A stretch of DNA of 55,490 nt from a virus. Its lineage: Duplodnaviria; Caudoviricetes. How positions within the stretch are numbered: position 1 is the first letter of the stretch; the number at the start of each line of letters is the position of its first letter. The translations under genes and the position numbers were made by a program. Of the stretch, positions 26,859 to 37,079 are shown one piece after another. The stretch lies in IMG/VR virus record IMGVR_UViG_3300037807_000763, positions 1 to 55,490 of that record. The stretch is one strand, 5' to 3'. The notes below the pieces were generated by a model. It had not been told where the DNA came from. It saw nothing but the letters and a program-made list of their open reading frames with translations, and did not search any database.

Positions 26859-28169
26859 TTAACTTACCTTCTCTAATTTAGGAAGTGATAATTTTGGTAT
26901 TTCTGGAAGTGATGCTGTAACAGTTTCTGTAAATACTGGTAATTTTTGATCTAGAATTTCTCTAAAGAGGTCAGTCATTGCATTAAAACTATATTTATTT
27001 TTATTATAAAGTGATTGTTTTCTTGCCTTTAGAACAAATGATTTATAGTCTTTTCTAACACGCATCATTGCTGTTGATGCTGCACCATAATTTACTGCAA
27101 ACCATTGTTGTCCCTTGACATAGATACCCTCTTGGAAGGACTTTTCAGAAACCTCAACTAGACCTCCCGGAAATAGTATTGAGTTATTAGTATTGAGAAA
27201 GTCCACATGCCCACTCCAGTTAGATGCCATTATGGGTTTTTCTGAAAGACTGGCTTCTAAAAGAGGACGACCAAACCCCTCACCATGCGTAAACGTAATA
27301 TGTGACTTTACTTTGGGATGGTTGTAGAGCTCATTCATTTCATCATCGTAAAGATCAGCATGTAAAAGATAAACGTTTGGAAGATCTTTTTCATCTATAT
27401 CCATAGCTTTTCGTATTACTCTTAATCTGGTTAACATGTCTTCTTTATCAATTTTGCATGTAGTTGCACCTGATGTCTTTAGAATAAGAGCTGTATCTTT
27501 TCTGTTTTTGAATGTTTTAAAGAATGTTGCGATTAAATTCCCTACATCTTTACGATCCTCTCCCATACCTCCCTGGAGCCAGTGGCCCACAAACAAAAAA
27601 CACCATTTTTCTTTAATTTGTGACATTGCTTTTTCAAGGTCCTCAGAAATTTCACTATTCTTTGATAGCTTTTTGAAAATTTTTGTGTTAACACCTTCAA
27701 ATAAAACTTCTATAGGCTTTTCAAGTTTCAATACTTGACCTGTTTTTTTATTAGTATATGCTGAAGCTTCTAGTACTTTTTTACTAAAGTTTGAACTTGT
27801 CAAGATTAAGTCCATCCTGTTCATTCCCTCTATCCATGATTGGGGGATAACTGTTGCTTCTAAGCCTGCTGTAATACCGATATTGTATTTACCAACAGGA
27901 ATAAATTCATTGGGTACAACGATATGAATATGAATGTCTGGTTTTTGTTGCATTTCTTTTTCATTCTTTATTAATCTTGAAATGATTTTCATATCTTCAG
28001 GATCATCAACAACAAGTGCGTTTTGAGATGTTTTTCCCCAAGGTACTGGGAATATTTTAATGTCAAATTGATCCATCATAATTAGTGATTGAACGACATC
28101 ACGTGATCGTGCGCCATAACCTGATCTAGTTGCAACAGGAGCTGTTATTAGCATTGTGGGTCTGTACAT
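26859..28169 (-). CDS. Glycosyltransferase, GT4-like
   Basis: SGYG, FLFVGHW, RKD, GEGFGRPLLEA. Confidence 0.88.
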   Translation of the reverse strand: MYRPTMLITAPVATRSGYGARSRDVVQSLIMMDQFDIKIFPVPWGKTSQNALVVDDPEDMKIISRLIKNEKEMQQKPDIHIHIVVPNEFIPVGKYNIGITAGLEATVIPQSWIEGMNRMDLILTSSNFSKKVLEASAYTNKKTGQVLKLEKPIEVLFEGVNTKIFKKLSKNSEISEDLEKAMSQIKEKWCFLFVGHWLQGGMGEDRKDVGNLIATFFKTFKNRKDTALILKTSGATTCKIDKEDMLTRLRVIRKAMDIDEKDLPNVYLLHADLYDDEMNELYNHPKVKSHITFTHGEGFGRPLLEASLSEKPIMASNWSGHVDFLNTNNSILFPGGLVEVSEKSFQEGIYVKGQQWFAVNYGAASTAMMRVRKDYKSFVLKARKQSLYNKNKYSFNAMTDLFREILDQKLPVFTETVTASLPEIPKLSLPKLEKVS

Positions 28170-28171
28170 TT

Positions 28172-29650
28172 TTATATTTTCCTTGTTGTTGTTAGTCCAT
28201 TAAATTCAGGAGTTGCGAAATCCCAAGTTGTAGCATTTGTTATCTCTATTCTGTTTCTTGGTTTCCAGTTTTCTAAAACTTGATAAATATCGTGAATGAA
28301 TCGTTTGTTCATTTCAGATGCTGACATTCCTGTTTCTGGAGACAAGATAAATTTACGTCCTTCTACACCACAAGCTTGGAGCTCTTTACCACGAATTTTC
28401 CATGCTGCCTTTATTTGTTCTGCAACATCCTCAAAATCTGGTCGATCGTCTGAAATATAAGGTGTTGCGGGTGAACCTTGGATGCTTCTTGACGTTGGGA
28501 ATACTGGGAAAACCCAGTTACCATGATCTTTGTAGCGACCATCATGATTAGATCCCCACTCTGTTGTATAGTCATCTACTGTCAAATATGACCCATCTTC
28601 CTTTTTAAATCCACAGTAATCTTGCATTCCACCTGATACATTGACAACTAATGGTGTTCCTGTAATAAGTGATTCTGCTCCCATAAGGCCAAATCCTTCA
28701 TTTGAACTAATGAGAATGCTACAATCAGAAAGGTTATAAAGCCAATTTAATTGTTCTCGTTCTAATTTGTTTGGAGAAAATCCGACAGCATAATTAGGAC
28801 AAAGATTCCTAACCACTTCTGGAAGATCAGTGCCATTATCATCTAAAGGTGAGGTATGCATTAATAAAAGACACTTGTTAGCTTGCTCTTTTGTTAATGA
28901 ATCGCAGAATGTTCTATACGCATAGATAATGTCAGGAACTAATTTTCTTCGAATGTTTCTTGCATTATAGAAAAGTATAAAATCTTTGTCTTGATTACCT
29001 ACTGCTTGTTGCTTGAAATTTTGAAACTCATCCCATTTTTTATCATTCTTGTCCATCAAATAAAAATCGTCCTCATTAATTCCGTGTGGAATATAAGTTA
29101 CTTGCCAATCTTCGTATGATGTTCTTACATTTTTTACGATATTAGATGTTTGTTTTGAAATATTAAAAAGAGCATCAACTGAATCGTAATACTTTTGATT
29201 CCACATTGGATAAGGTAAGTCATCCCAAATATTATAATACATTATGGGTAACTCTTGACGAAGTTCGTGTTCCATTTGAAATAGCCACTGCCAAAATCGT
29301 GGATCTGTGTAGATCAAAATAGCATCAGGCTTGTAATGAGACATTAGAGCTCGCAGCATATCAGGATTTCCATAGCCATTTGTAGGATGGATCTTAAGTG
29401 AGGCACCAGGAACGCCAGTTCTAGTTTGAACATCTTGATCCATATCGATTAATTGACCTTTATCAGGATGATTTATTGCGCCACCAACTTGAACCCAATT
29501 TATTTGATGTAATGTGCCAAGTACAAACTCCCTAGACATATTTCCTACACCTGACATCATTCTTAAATCGTCACTAAGTAGTAGAACAGTTTTTCGTTTG
29601 TCCTGCGGTAGAACTTCGTATCCGTTACGAATATCACCAATTTTAAGCAT
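28172..29650 (-). CDS. Glycosyltransferase, GT4-like
   Basis: SGVG, IPHG, RNIRRK, NEGFGLMGAES. Confidence 0.88.
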   Translation of the reverse strand: MLKIGDIRNGYEVLPQDKRKTVLLLSDDLRMMSGVGNMSREFVLGTLHQINWVQVGGAINHPDKGQLIDMDQDVQTRTGVPGASLKIHPTNGYGNPDMLRALMSHYKPDAILIYTDPRFWQWLFQMEHELRQELPIMYYNIWDDLPYPMWNQKYYDSVDALFNISKQTSNIVKNVRTSYEDWQVTYIPHGINEDDFYLMDKNDKKWDEFQNFKQQAVGNQDKDFILFYNARNIRRKLVPDIIYAYRTFCDSLTKEQANKCLLLMHTSPLDDNGTDLPEVVRNLCPNYAVGFSPNKLEREQLNWLYNLSDCSILISSNEGFGLMGAESLITGTPLVVNVSGGMQDYCGFKKEDGSYLTVDDYTTEWGSNHDGRYKDHGNWVFPVFPTSRSIQGSPATPYISDDRPDFEDVAEQIKAAWKIRGKELQACGVEGRKFILSPETGMSASEMNKRFIHDIYQVLENWKPRNRIEITNATTWDFATPEFNGLTTTRKI

Positions 29651-29664
29651 GTAAACTCCTAAGT

Positions 29665-29868
29665 TTAATAACCGTTTCTATAATTTTCTTTTAAGCTTTT
29701 TGTGTCTTTAATCTTATCTCTATAACTATGATCATTGTTAAATAACCACATTGATCTATTCACTAATTTTTGTAGAGTAACATTTTCTAATTTACTAATG
29801 TTTCTAAATTCTGTGTAGACATCAGCCAAAAGCTTTATTGATGTTAGCTTCCATATTTGTTTTATCAC
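29665..29868 (-). CDS. Small, possibly ribbon-helix-helix DNA-binding protein
   Basis: LTSIKL...TLQKLVNRS. GTG start after an AGGAG SD. Confidence 0.55.
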   Translation of the reverse strand: MIKQIWKLTSIKLLADVYTEFRNISKLENVTLQKLVNRSMWLFNNDHSYRDKIKDTKSLKENYRNGY

Positions 29869-29922
29869 AATTTTTCTCCTATGATTGTATATATTTATTA
29901 TATATATAACAAAAAAGAGAAA

Positions 29923-30393
29923 TTAATGATATTTCTTTCGATCATAATTTGATGAATCATTACGCTTTTGTTTTCTCACATTATACTCTTTTCCCGCATC
30001 TAAGTTTTGATCATCTAAGTTTTTATTTGAAATAAAATTGTAATGGGATTTTAAAAATTGTAGCCCATAAATAATTGAATCAATACCTTCGCCCAATATT
30101 GAAAATCTTGATTGTGTAATGACACTATTTGAAATATCTAAGAAGACATATTCGCTTTTACATAATGAATAAAGCTTTATACTTGTTTTTAATGTGAGAT
30201 GTGGGTTTACTTTATTATGCTTTGTTACTGATTCCGCAATAACTGGGATCTTATCATGTTCTGTTGCATAGAAGCAAAATTGAAATGGTGTATCACCCGG
30301 GACTGAATCAATTGTTTGAAAGATACTTTCCCAAATTGCATCTTCATACTCTGAGTATGTAAAAGCACCTGGCATTCTAATGATTGGTATCAT
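29923..30393 (-). CDS. Hypothetical protein
   Basis: 156-aa ORF with an ATGA overlap. Confidence 0.65.
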   Translation of the reverse strand: MIPIIRMPGAFTYSEYEDAIWESIFQTIDSVPGDTPFQFCFYATEHDKIPVIAESVTKHNKVNPHLTLKTSIKLYSLCKSEYVFLDISNSVITQSRFSILGEGIDSIIYGLQFLKSHYNFISNKNLDDQNLDAGKEYNVRKQKRNDSSNYDRKKYH

Positions 30394-31256
30394 ACTGTTC
30401 CTTTTTTATCACACATGTCAGGTCTGTTGGCATACTCGCACCATTTGCAATTGTTAATAAGACCAAGTTTCTTATACTCACCCTCTGTGTTATATTCACC
30501 TTCCTTAGTAAAACATTCATCTATAAATATGTCTAATTGTTTTTTCATCTTATTCATTGATATGTTACCTGATGGAGGTTCAAAAATTTGTACATATCGT
30601 ACTGGGAAGTCTGAGTTTTCGAAAACTAATCGCTTAACAATAAAAAACTCAATTTCTATGTCATCAAATGGTACATCATACTTTTCTGCAATGAATTTTT
30701 TATAGAATAGTAATTGTCCCCTCTTCATAGGATCACTTTTTTCTTTTTTCCATCCCCTTGTTGATGTTTTTATATCTATGATTTTAATCTTTCCTGTTTC
30801 AGTATTTCGTAAAACAACGTCTAAGTACCCAAGAACATCAAGATTTCTATATACAGAATTAATCTCCATCTCGATCCCCAATAGTTCCCAATTTTTTTTG
30901 AAAAAGTAATTAGATCTCTTTTTCTTAAACCACTCTAGTGCTTTTGAGCCTTGGATGCAAAATTCTGTTAGCTCTGATTGTGTAGAAAAGTGTTTGCCTT
31001 TTGCAGCACTCACAGCTTTTCCATACTCTTTGCGAAGTTCCTCTACAATGGATGCAGACATATCTATCTTATCAGCTGCCTTTATTGAGACAGTATACAT
31101 GGTAGTTATATAGTTCTGCAGTACTGTATGTAGTGCTTTTCCATAAACTGTGTAAATTGAATCAGAAAATTCTCTTAACTTATAGATATAGTTTAGTTTC
31201 CACTTATATGGGCAACTTGTCCAAGTTTGAATTTGAGACCAGCTAATTCTTTCCAT
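30390..31256 (-). CDS. PD-(D/E)xK nuclease, Cas4/AddB-like with 4 Cys (probable Fe-S cluster)
   Basis: SWS...CP, GKALH, E...GYLD...IDIKT, QL..Y, CKWC...C. Confidence 0.88.
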   Translation of the reverse strand: MERISWSQIQTWTSCPYKWKLNYIYKLREFSDSIYTVYGKALHTVLQNYITTMYTVSIKAADKIDMSASIVEELRKEYGKAVSAAKGKHFSTQSELTEFCIQGSKALEWFKKKRSNYFFKKNWELLGIEMEINSVYRNLDVLGYLDVVLRNTETGKIKIIDIKTSTRGWKKEKSDPMKRGQLLFYKKFIAEKYDVPFDDIEIEFFIVKRLVFENSDFPVRYVQIFEPPSGNISMNKMKKQLDIFIDECFTKEGEYNTEGEYKKLGLINNCKWCEYANRPDMCDKKGTV

Positions 31257-31669
31257 TATTTACCCCAACTTCCCCTGCGGACTATCTCTGCGATAATTCC
31301 GTATACTGATAAATCTAAAAAGCTGTCTTCTAATGGTTCATCTTTATTTTCAACATCATTCATTATCATTGTTTTAATTCGTTCTATTTTATCATTCATC
31401 CTGAAAAATAATCCAGTTAGTGATAATTTTACATCTGCTTCAGTTTTTAATTGAGTTCCAACGCTTATGTTGTTTGGGCCGTATGACTGTTGTTTCATTG
31501 CAAATAGCTCATATTGTTCTCGTTGTATGCTTAGGAATTCTGCCATCATCTCAGGATATGCTTGCTTCATTTGACTTACAACATTACTTGCTATAGTTGT
31601 ATAAGCTTCTTTCTTCTTACTGTCTTTTAATACATTTTCCATTTGTTGATCCTCTATATTTCTATACAT
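31256..31669 (-). CDS. Nucleotide-modification-associated domain 1 (DUF1599-like, all-alpha) protein
   Basis: KQQSYG, RMNDKIER, EPLEDSFLDLSVYGII. Confidence 0.75.
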   Translation of the reverse strand: MYRNIEDQQMENVLKDSKKKEAYTTIASNVVSQMKQAYPEMMAEFLSIQREQYELFAMKQQSYGPNNISVGTQLKTEADVKLSLTGLFFRMNDKIERIKTMIMNDVENKDEPLEDSFLDLSVYGIIAEIVRRGSWGK

Positions 31670-32100
31670 TTGATATTATGTTTTTTAAGTAACTCTATAC
31701 CAGAGTCACCACGTTTCTCACCTCTTGCATAAACTTCATCATAGTAAACGCATGTTATACCTGACGCTATAATCTGTTTGGCACAAGAAACACAGGGTGA
31801 GATTGAGATATACATTTCAGCGCCACATGTTGACACACCACTTCTAGCTGCAAATCCGATAGCATTTTGTTCAGCATGAATTTCATTCATAGCTGACCAC
31901 TCGTGGTGTGAAATATCAGGAATTCTGCCAAAAACAAAAACGTCCCCACAGTGATCAGCACCCTTAGGTGTTCCATTCCATCCTGTTGAAACTATTCTCC
32001 CATCTTTAACAATTAATGCTGCAACTGATACCATGACACATGTTGACATTCCTTCAGTAACTTTTAGTACTTTTTTAAAGTATGTTTTATAGTCAGGCAT
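31654..32100 (-). CDS. dCMP deaminase
   Basis: STGWNG, HAEQNA, SPCVSC. Confidence 0.92.
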   Translation of the reverse strand: MPDYKTYFKKVLKVTEGMSTCVMVSVAALIVKDGRIVSTGWNGTPKGADHCGDVFVFGRIPDISHHEWSAMNEIHAEQNAIGFAARSGVSTCGAEMYISISPCVSCAKQIIASGITCVYYDEVYARGEKRGDSGIELLKKHNIKCIEI

Positions 32101-32476
32101 TGGGTTCCTGTTTAAATTTTTGTTCAACTAGCTTTGATTTACTAATAAACTTATTGTAAATTTCATCAACACTGAACCCGTTGATGATTAGCAACCCTAA
32201 CAAATATTTCATTACATCAATTCCCTCTTCTAGAAAATTATCTAAATCGTCTTCTGTTGTTTTAGATTTGTGTGACTTAAAATCTATCTCGTCTAGCATT
32301 TCAGTCACCTCTTTGATAAGCATCAAGATGTAATCTTTACTCCAGAATATTCTCTTTGCTTTATCATTAGGTATTTCACTTATATCATACCCTTCATTTT
32401 CATCAAAGAACTCTTTTGTAAATTTTTCTTGAATTGAATACATTTTTTCAAATTTGTCCATATTATCCCTATACAA
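32093..32476 (-). CDS. All-alpha NTP pyrophosphatase (dimeric dUTPase/MazG-like)
   Basis: EVTEMLDE...FKSHK...EEGIDVMKY. Confidence 0.75.
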   Translation of the reverse strand: MYRDNMDKFEKMYSIQEKFTKEFFDENEGYDISEIPNDKAKRIFWSKDYILMLIKEVTEMLDEIDFKSHKSKTTEDDLDNFLEEGIDVMKYLLGLLIINGFSVDEIYNKFISKSKLVEQKFKQEPNA

Positions 32477-33377
32477 TGTGTGCTGAATGTAAAATTATTT
32501 TGAGTGTTGTTTCTTTTTGTCTTCCTAGTGATAGAAACGATTGTACTGTCTTTGAAAGGTAAGCTAAAAATTGAAGGTCATAAAGAAAAATATCAGAAAC
32601 ATTTGATGACCTACATGTTGCGTAAAAATTTAATCTATCATCTCTATGCACAGTGTGGAACAATGAAATGCATGAATTATCGGTGTAAATGAATCTTCTT
32701 GTTTTATTACTTAACTGTTTTTTATTGTACTCATTACGTCCGTTTAGCTCGTCATCAATGTTCTCCAATACAGAATGTAAGATTGTATTGTAGTAAACTT
32801 CTTCATCTGGGTGATATAAAATTTCAGGATCAATGTCAGTATTCCTAACTTTGTTCAAATCTATTTCCATTGTAAGTGGATATGCTTCTAAGTTGTCTGA
32901 TGCTCTTGCGTTAGTGGTAACCTCTTTTGTGACTTGACTAAAACTAGATGATTCTCTTGTTGTGAGCCATATTTGACAGTCTGCAACTAGTGCGCTTTCT
33001 GATAGCTCTCTTTCAATTATCTTGATAGTTGAGTATTTTGAATAGTGTTTTGACCATTTTTTGAAGATCTTGTATAGATTAAGAATTGATTCTTTATCTT
33101 GGAATTCATCACCTCTTTTCTTAAGTCTTTCTAATAAGATTTTCTTTGAAGGTAATAATACTATTGTTCGTTTATTTAAGTTATTTAATGAGTCACGTAA
33201 TCTCTTGTGCCATTCATCTGTACTTCTCCCATAAAGTTCTGCGTAGCAAAGCATACTTAACTCAGCTCTGTCTTGTATGTTCCACTTAAAACTAGACGCT
33301 CTATGTAAACCGTTATAAAGAGTAGTTTTACCAGCTAGATCTGGTCCTTCAATTGTAACTGTATGTAGATTTATCAT
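32469..33377 (-). CDS. Fusion of a dNMP-kinase domain and a truncated thymidylate-synthase-fold domain
   Basis: N-terminal IEGPDLAGKTT, DR, RGDE. C-terminal TRR, SC, RSSN...D and SAH align with TS motifs SRR, PC, RSxD...N and DxHxY. Confidence 0.72.
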   Translation of the reverse strand: MINLHTVTIEGPDLAGKTTLYNGLHRASSFKWNIQDRAELSMLCYAELYGRSTDEWHKRLRDSLNNLNKRTIVLLPSKKILLERLKKRGDEFQDKESILNLYKIFKKWSKHYSKYSTIKIIERELSESALVADCQIWLTTRESSSFSQVTKEVTTNARASDNLEAYPLTMEIDLNKVRNTDIDPEILYHPDEEVYYNTILHSVLENIDDELNGRNEYNKKQLSNKTRRFIYTDNSCISLFHTVHRDDRLNFYATCRSSNVSDIFLYDLQFLAYLSKTVQSFLSLGRQKETTLKIILHSAHIV

Positions 33378-36300
33378 ATTTGGAAATTAAGTTGCTTAAC
33401 TTTTGGTGCACTTGAAGACATTCCCCAGTCAGGGTCATGATGAATTTCTGCAATACAGAGGGTGTATAAATCTGGAAGCTTTTCGGGTAAGAAATCACCC
33501 CAAAGCCTTAGCCAACCTGTATTATTATTGTTATCTGCTACCTTAAATCTCCAAAATACTTTTCCATTCTTGGTTTTCTTTTTGTGTTCTTCTATTATGC
33601 AAAACCAAGCTGTTTGTTTCGACCTTTCAGGTATGTTAAACATTGAAGGTACGTTGTGTAATGTGATTTGCTTAATAACTTCATCTGGAAACATCAAAGT
33701 AGAGTTTGCTGATTGCATTAGTGTCATGTAATTATCTATTTTTTCAATTCTAGTCCAGTCTTTGATGTAATTTGTCTCTTCTAGTAGCTTATCCATAAGT
33801 GGCTCAACTACGATGCTCTTTTTTATTGCCCTCTCATATTGTGTCTTTGTTAGTCCGTAGAGGCCTTTCTTTAACTGGTTGTATTGTTTATCATTTGTGA
33901 GAGCTTGCATTAATTGATTATGATTGTTTATTTTACCTGAAACAAAATCATCTAATGATTTGAATGCTTCTACCTGACTCAGTGATCTTATTGCTGTCTT
34001 ATTTAACTTAGACCATCTCCACTTATTGTCATCATCATACAAAAACTCCTTTAATGTAGCAAAGGGTCGTTGTTTAATTAGCTCATCCATTGCAATAGAT
34101 CCAACACCCTTGACTGTACTTAGGGGTGGGACAAAAGCTTTAATGTCCTCTGAGAACGTCCACTCATTTCCTGAGTAATTAATGTCTAAGTCAGCGAAGT
34201 TATATCCGTAAGATTTAATTTCTGCAATTGTCTTGGATAATCCAGCAGGGCTATTATTTTCTGATTGAAGTACAGTTGCTAACCATTCTTTTTCATAATG
34301 TGTATGTAACCATGCTGAGTAATAAGAGTCGATAGCATAAGCAATAGCATGTGATTTGTTAAATCCGTAAACAGAGAATGCTTCAATTGTCTCCCACAGT
34401 GTAGTTGAAATAGACTCATCTAGATTGTGTAATTCTTTAGCACCCGCAACAAACTTATTTTTAGCAATCTCTCTTTCAGATGCTTTTCCATCTAGAGTAT
34501 CAAGTGACTTTTTAACTAATGTCTTCCTGAGTTTATCAGACTCTCCTGGTGAGAATCCTGCTAGTTTTTGTGCTAATAGCATAAATTGCTCTTGGAAGAT
34601 TACAAAGTTAAATGTTGGTCCTAAAATATCTTCAATAACTGGGTGATCGTATTCAATCATTGCTGCATGTTTCTTGGCATCAACAAATTTCTTATGAACA
34701 TTTGCTTTTAGTGGTCCTGGACGATAGATAGCTGTTAATGCTGCTAATTCTTCTATGTCTGTTGGTTTTGCATCAAGACAAAATTTCCTTGCACCTTCTG
34801 CAGTAAACTGAAAAACTGATGTAAAGTGGGCGTCTTCGTAAACATGTTTCCAGACTTTTAGATCTTCCTGTTTATTGAATCTACAGTTTAAGTGTTCATC
34901 AAAGAATGTACTTATCTCAGAGAACGCAGGGTTTTCATTTCCGTTTTTAATTAAAATTCTTCTAATACAATTTTCAACGTCCTTAAGTAGTGTCAGTCCC
35001 AAGAAGTCAAATTTTAAGAAGCCATTGTCTTCCAGGTGTCTAAAGTTCATTCCTTCTGCCCAGGGAGTTTGTAATTCCCCCCGAACACTTATTAATGGCA
35101 TACAAGTTTGAATATCATTTTCAGGTGCAACAATTACACCTCCAGCATGTCTACCGATACTTCTATTCTCCATAAATAGTGTCTCAACATGTTTACCCAC
35201 ATCTTCGTATTTAGTCATGAAGTCTTTATATTTTTTAGAGAATTTCATACAATCAGCATGCTTAAGTACAAAAACAGATTTCTCTTCATCTTCATTTCTT
35301 GCATGCGGCATTACTTCTTCTTGCAGACCATTAGTTAGATTGTTAATTTCATTAAAAGGAACACCGTAGAATTTAGAAATATCTTTTATTAGTGACTTAA
35401 GCTTTAGTGTATTGAAATTCGAAACAGGAATTACAGCGTCTTCACCAAATAGTTCGCGTGATGCTTCAATTAATGCCTCTCTATCACCTGCATCTGTATC
35501 AATATCAGGCCATGATATCCTATGTCTACCAAGGAATCTTGACCAAAGTAGACCGTAAGGAATTGGATCAATCTGGGTTATTCCAAGGAGATAATTTACT
35601 AAACTTCCTGATCCTGAACCCCTGCCAGGACCAAAGATCGTTTTAAGTTTTGCTTTATCAAATATTTTTGTCATTGCTAAAAAGTATGATTCATGTCCAA
35701 GAAATTTTATATCTTCAAGTTCTTCTTTGACGCGATCAATATATTCCTGCTTCCCAGAAAGCCCCTCGCGTATTAATCCTTCTTTTACTAAATCTACAAG
35801 CAAGCTAAATGCTGATTTCTCTTTTGTACCAAATGTGGGGAGCTTAGCAGTTTTATCAATCCACGTATCTTCGCATAGATTCCACGCAATATCATGCGTT
35901 CTATTTATTGAATCACGGACATCCATCTCATAACCTTTGTAAAAATCATACATTTCATAATTCTTACTAAACTCGCCCCACATTTGTTGCGCATTTTTTG
36001 GGTATAATAAACATTTCAATTCTTCTTCTTTGGGTAATACCATCTTTGTTGGATCATTACTGAACCATCCAAGTTTTTTGTAAAGTTCACGTGCTTCCCA
36101 TAAATCAGGTGATGGGTAATGAGAATCAGCAGTTGAAATTAATTTTGTTCCTGTCTTTCTAGAGAGATCAAGTAACATCTTGTTGGTCATTTGTTGTGCA
36201 CCCAAATCATTAAATTGTAACTCTAAAAAGAAATTTTCTTCACCAACAGTATTTGTAAAGTGGTCCACCATGTTTTCTAAGCGTCCCATGATTGTATTAT

Positions 36301-37012
36301 ATTTAACTGGATCAGTTAATAGATCTGGGTTCATGTCATTGAAACTTAAATCTTTGTACTCATTGTAAATAATACCAGAAGCTATACCACCAACACAAGC
36401 TGTTGATACTATAAGACCCTCACCGTGCTCTTTGAGCATTTCAAAATCAATACGAGGAAATCTATAAAAGCCATGCTTGTATGATTTCTTAATGAGAGTA
36501 AATAAGTTGCCCAATCCCTTCCTATTTTTAGCTAATACAACAAGGTGATAGTATTTCTTCCACTGAGGTTTGCTTGCACTGGACTTTTTTGTTTCTTCTT
36601 CATCCTCTATTATATGCCCACCCTGATTAATTTCATCTTCTGCATTAATCATTACAGGAGAATTAGCAAGCTTCTTAGCTTTTTTATTATCTCGTTCATC
36701 TTTAACTTTTTGACGATGCTCATCATATTGCATTTTCCATGTGTGCAATGAAGGAACAAAATAAAATTCACATCCATAAATTTGTCGATAGTCATGGCCC
36801 TTCTTCTTAAGTGACATTGCATGCTGGTTTGCATGTGCTAATCCTGATCCATTTCCATGATCAGTCAGCGCCCAGGAGTTGCCACCTTGTTCTTCACTTG
36901 TGATAAAGTTTATGTGGTCTTTAGGGTATCCCAAGCCATCAAAAGTGCTGAATGAAGTGTGAGCATGTAGCCCTGTAAATTGTGTTGGGGGTACTATATT
37001 CTTCAAAGACAT
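33374..37012 (-). CDS. dnaE: DNA polymerase III alpha subunit (family C)
   Basis: PHP domain (HAHTSFS..DG, TDHG, DSHY), GRGSGSGS, PDIDTD, KFDFLGL, YGFNKSH. Confidence 0.95.
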   Translation of the reverse strand: MSLKNIVPPTQFTGLHAHTSFSTFDGLGYPKDHINFITSEEQGGNSWALTDHGNGSGLAHANQHAMSLKKKGHDYRQIYGCEFYFVPSLHTWKMQYDEHRQKVKDERDNKKAKKLANSPVMINAEDEINQGGHIIEDEEETKKSSASKPQWKKYYHLVVLAKNRKGLGNLFTLIKKSYKHGFYRFPRIDFEMLKEHGEGLIVSTACVGGIASGIIYNEYKDLSFNDMNPDLLTDPVKYNTIMGRLENMVDHFTNTVGEENFFLELQFNDLGAQQMTNKMLLDLSRKTGTKLISTADSHYPSPDLWEARELYKKLGWFSNDPTKMVLPKEEELKCLLYPKNAQQMWGEFSKNYEMYDFYKGYEMDVRDSINRTHDIAWNLCEDTWIDKTAKLPTFGTKEKSAFSLLVDLVKEGLIREGLSGKQEYIDRVKEELEDIKFLGHESYFLAMTKIFDKAKLKTIFGPGRGSGSGSLVNYLLGITQIDPIPYGLLWSRFLGRHRISWPDIDTDAGDREALIEASRELFGEDAVIPVSNFNTLKLKSLIKDISKFYGVPFNEINNLTNGLQEEVMPHARNEDEEKSVFVLKHADCMKFSKKYKDFMTKYEDVGKHVETLFMENRSIGRHAGGVIVAPENDIQTCMPLISVRGELQTPWAEGMNFRHLEDNGFLKFDFLGLTLLKDVENCIRRILIKNGNENPAFSEISTFFDEHLNCRFNKQEDLKVWKHVYEDAHFTSVFQFTAEGARKFCLDAKPTDIEELAALTAIYRPGPLKANVHKKFVDAKKHAAMIEYDHPVIEDILGPTFNFVIFQEQFMLLAQKLAGFSPGESDKLRKTLVKKSLDTLDGKASEREIAKNKFVAGAKELHNLDESISTTLWETIEAFSVYGFNKSHAIAYAIDSYYSAWLHTHYEKEWLATVLQSENNSPAGLSKTIAEIKSYGYNFADLDINYSGNEWTFSEDIKAFVPPLSTVKGVGSIAMDELIKQRPFATLKEFLYDDDNKWRWSKLNKTAIRSLSQVEAFKSLDDFVSGKINNHNQLMQALTNDKQYNQLKKGLYGLTKTQYERAIKKSIVVEPLMDKLLEETNYIKDWTRIEKIDNYMTLMQSANSTLMFPDEVIKQITLHNVPSMFNIPERSKQTAWFCIIEEHKKKTKNGKVFWRFKVADNNNNTGWLRLWGDFLPEKLPDLYTLCIAEIHHDPDWGMSSSAPKVKQLNFQI

Positions 37013-37040
37013 ATTGTATGTTTCTTTTTAATTGTTGTTA

Positions 37041-37074
37041 TAGAATCTAATAAAACTTTCCATTAGATGAAAGG
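37041..37074 (-). promoter_or_regulatory. Promoter motif TTTCAT-N17-TAGATTCTA (copy 5), upstream of dnaE
   Basis: CCTTTCAT CTAATGGAAAGTTTTAT TAGATTCTA. Confidence 0.72.
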
Positions 37075-37079
37075 TTTTT

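Noticed and set aside
14815-29650. Bacterial O-antigen or capsule locus (host contamination)
   Set aside because: It lacks wzx/wzy/ABC export genes and is continuous in strand and packing with the phage genes.
30390-31256. CRISPR-Cas system, suggested by the Cas4-like nuclease
   Set aside because: No repeat-spacer array or other cas genes are seen. Solo Cas4-like nucleases are common in phages.
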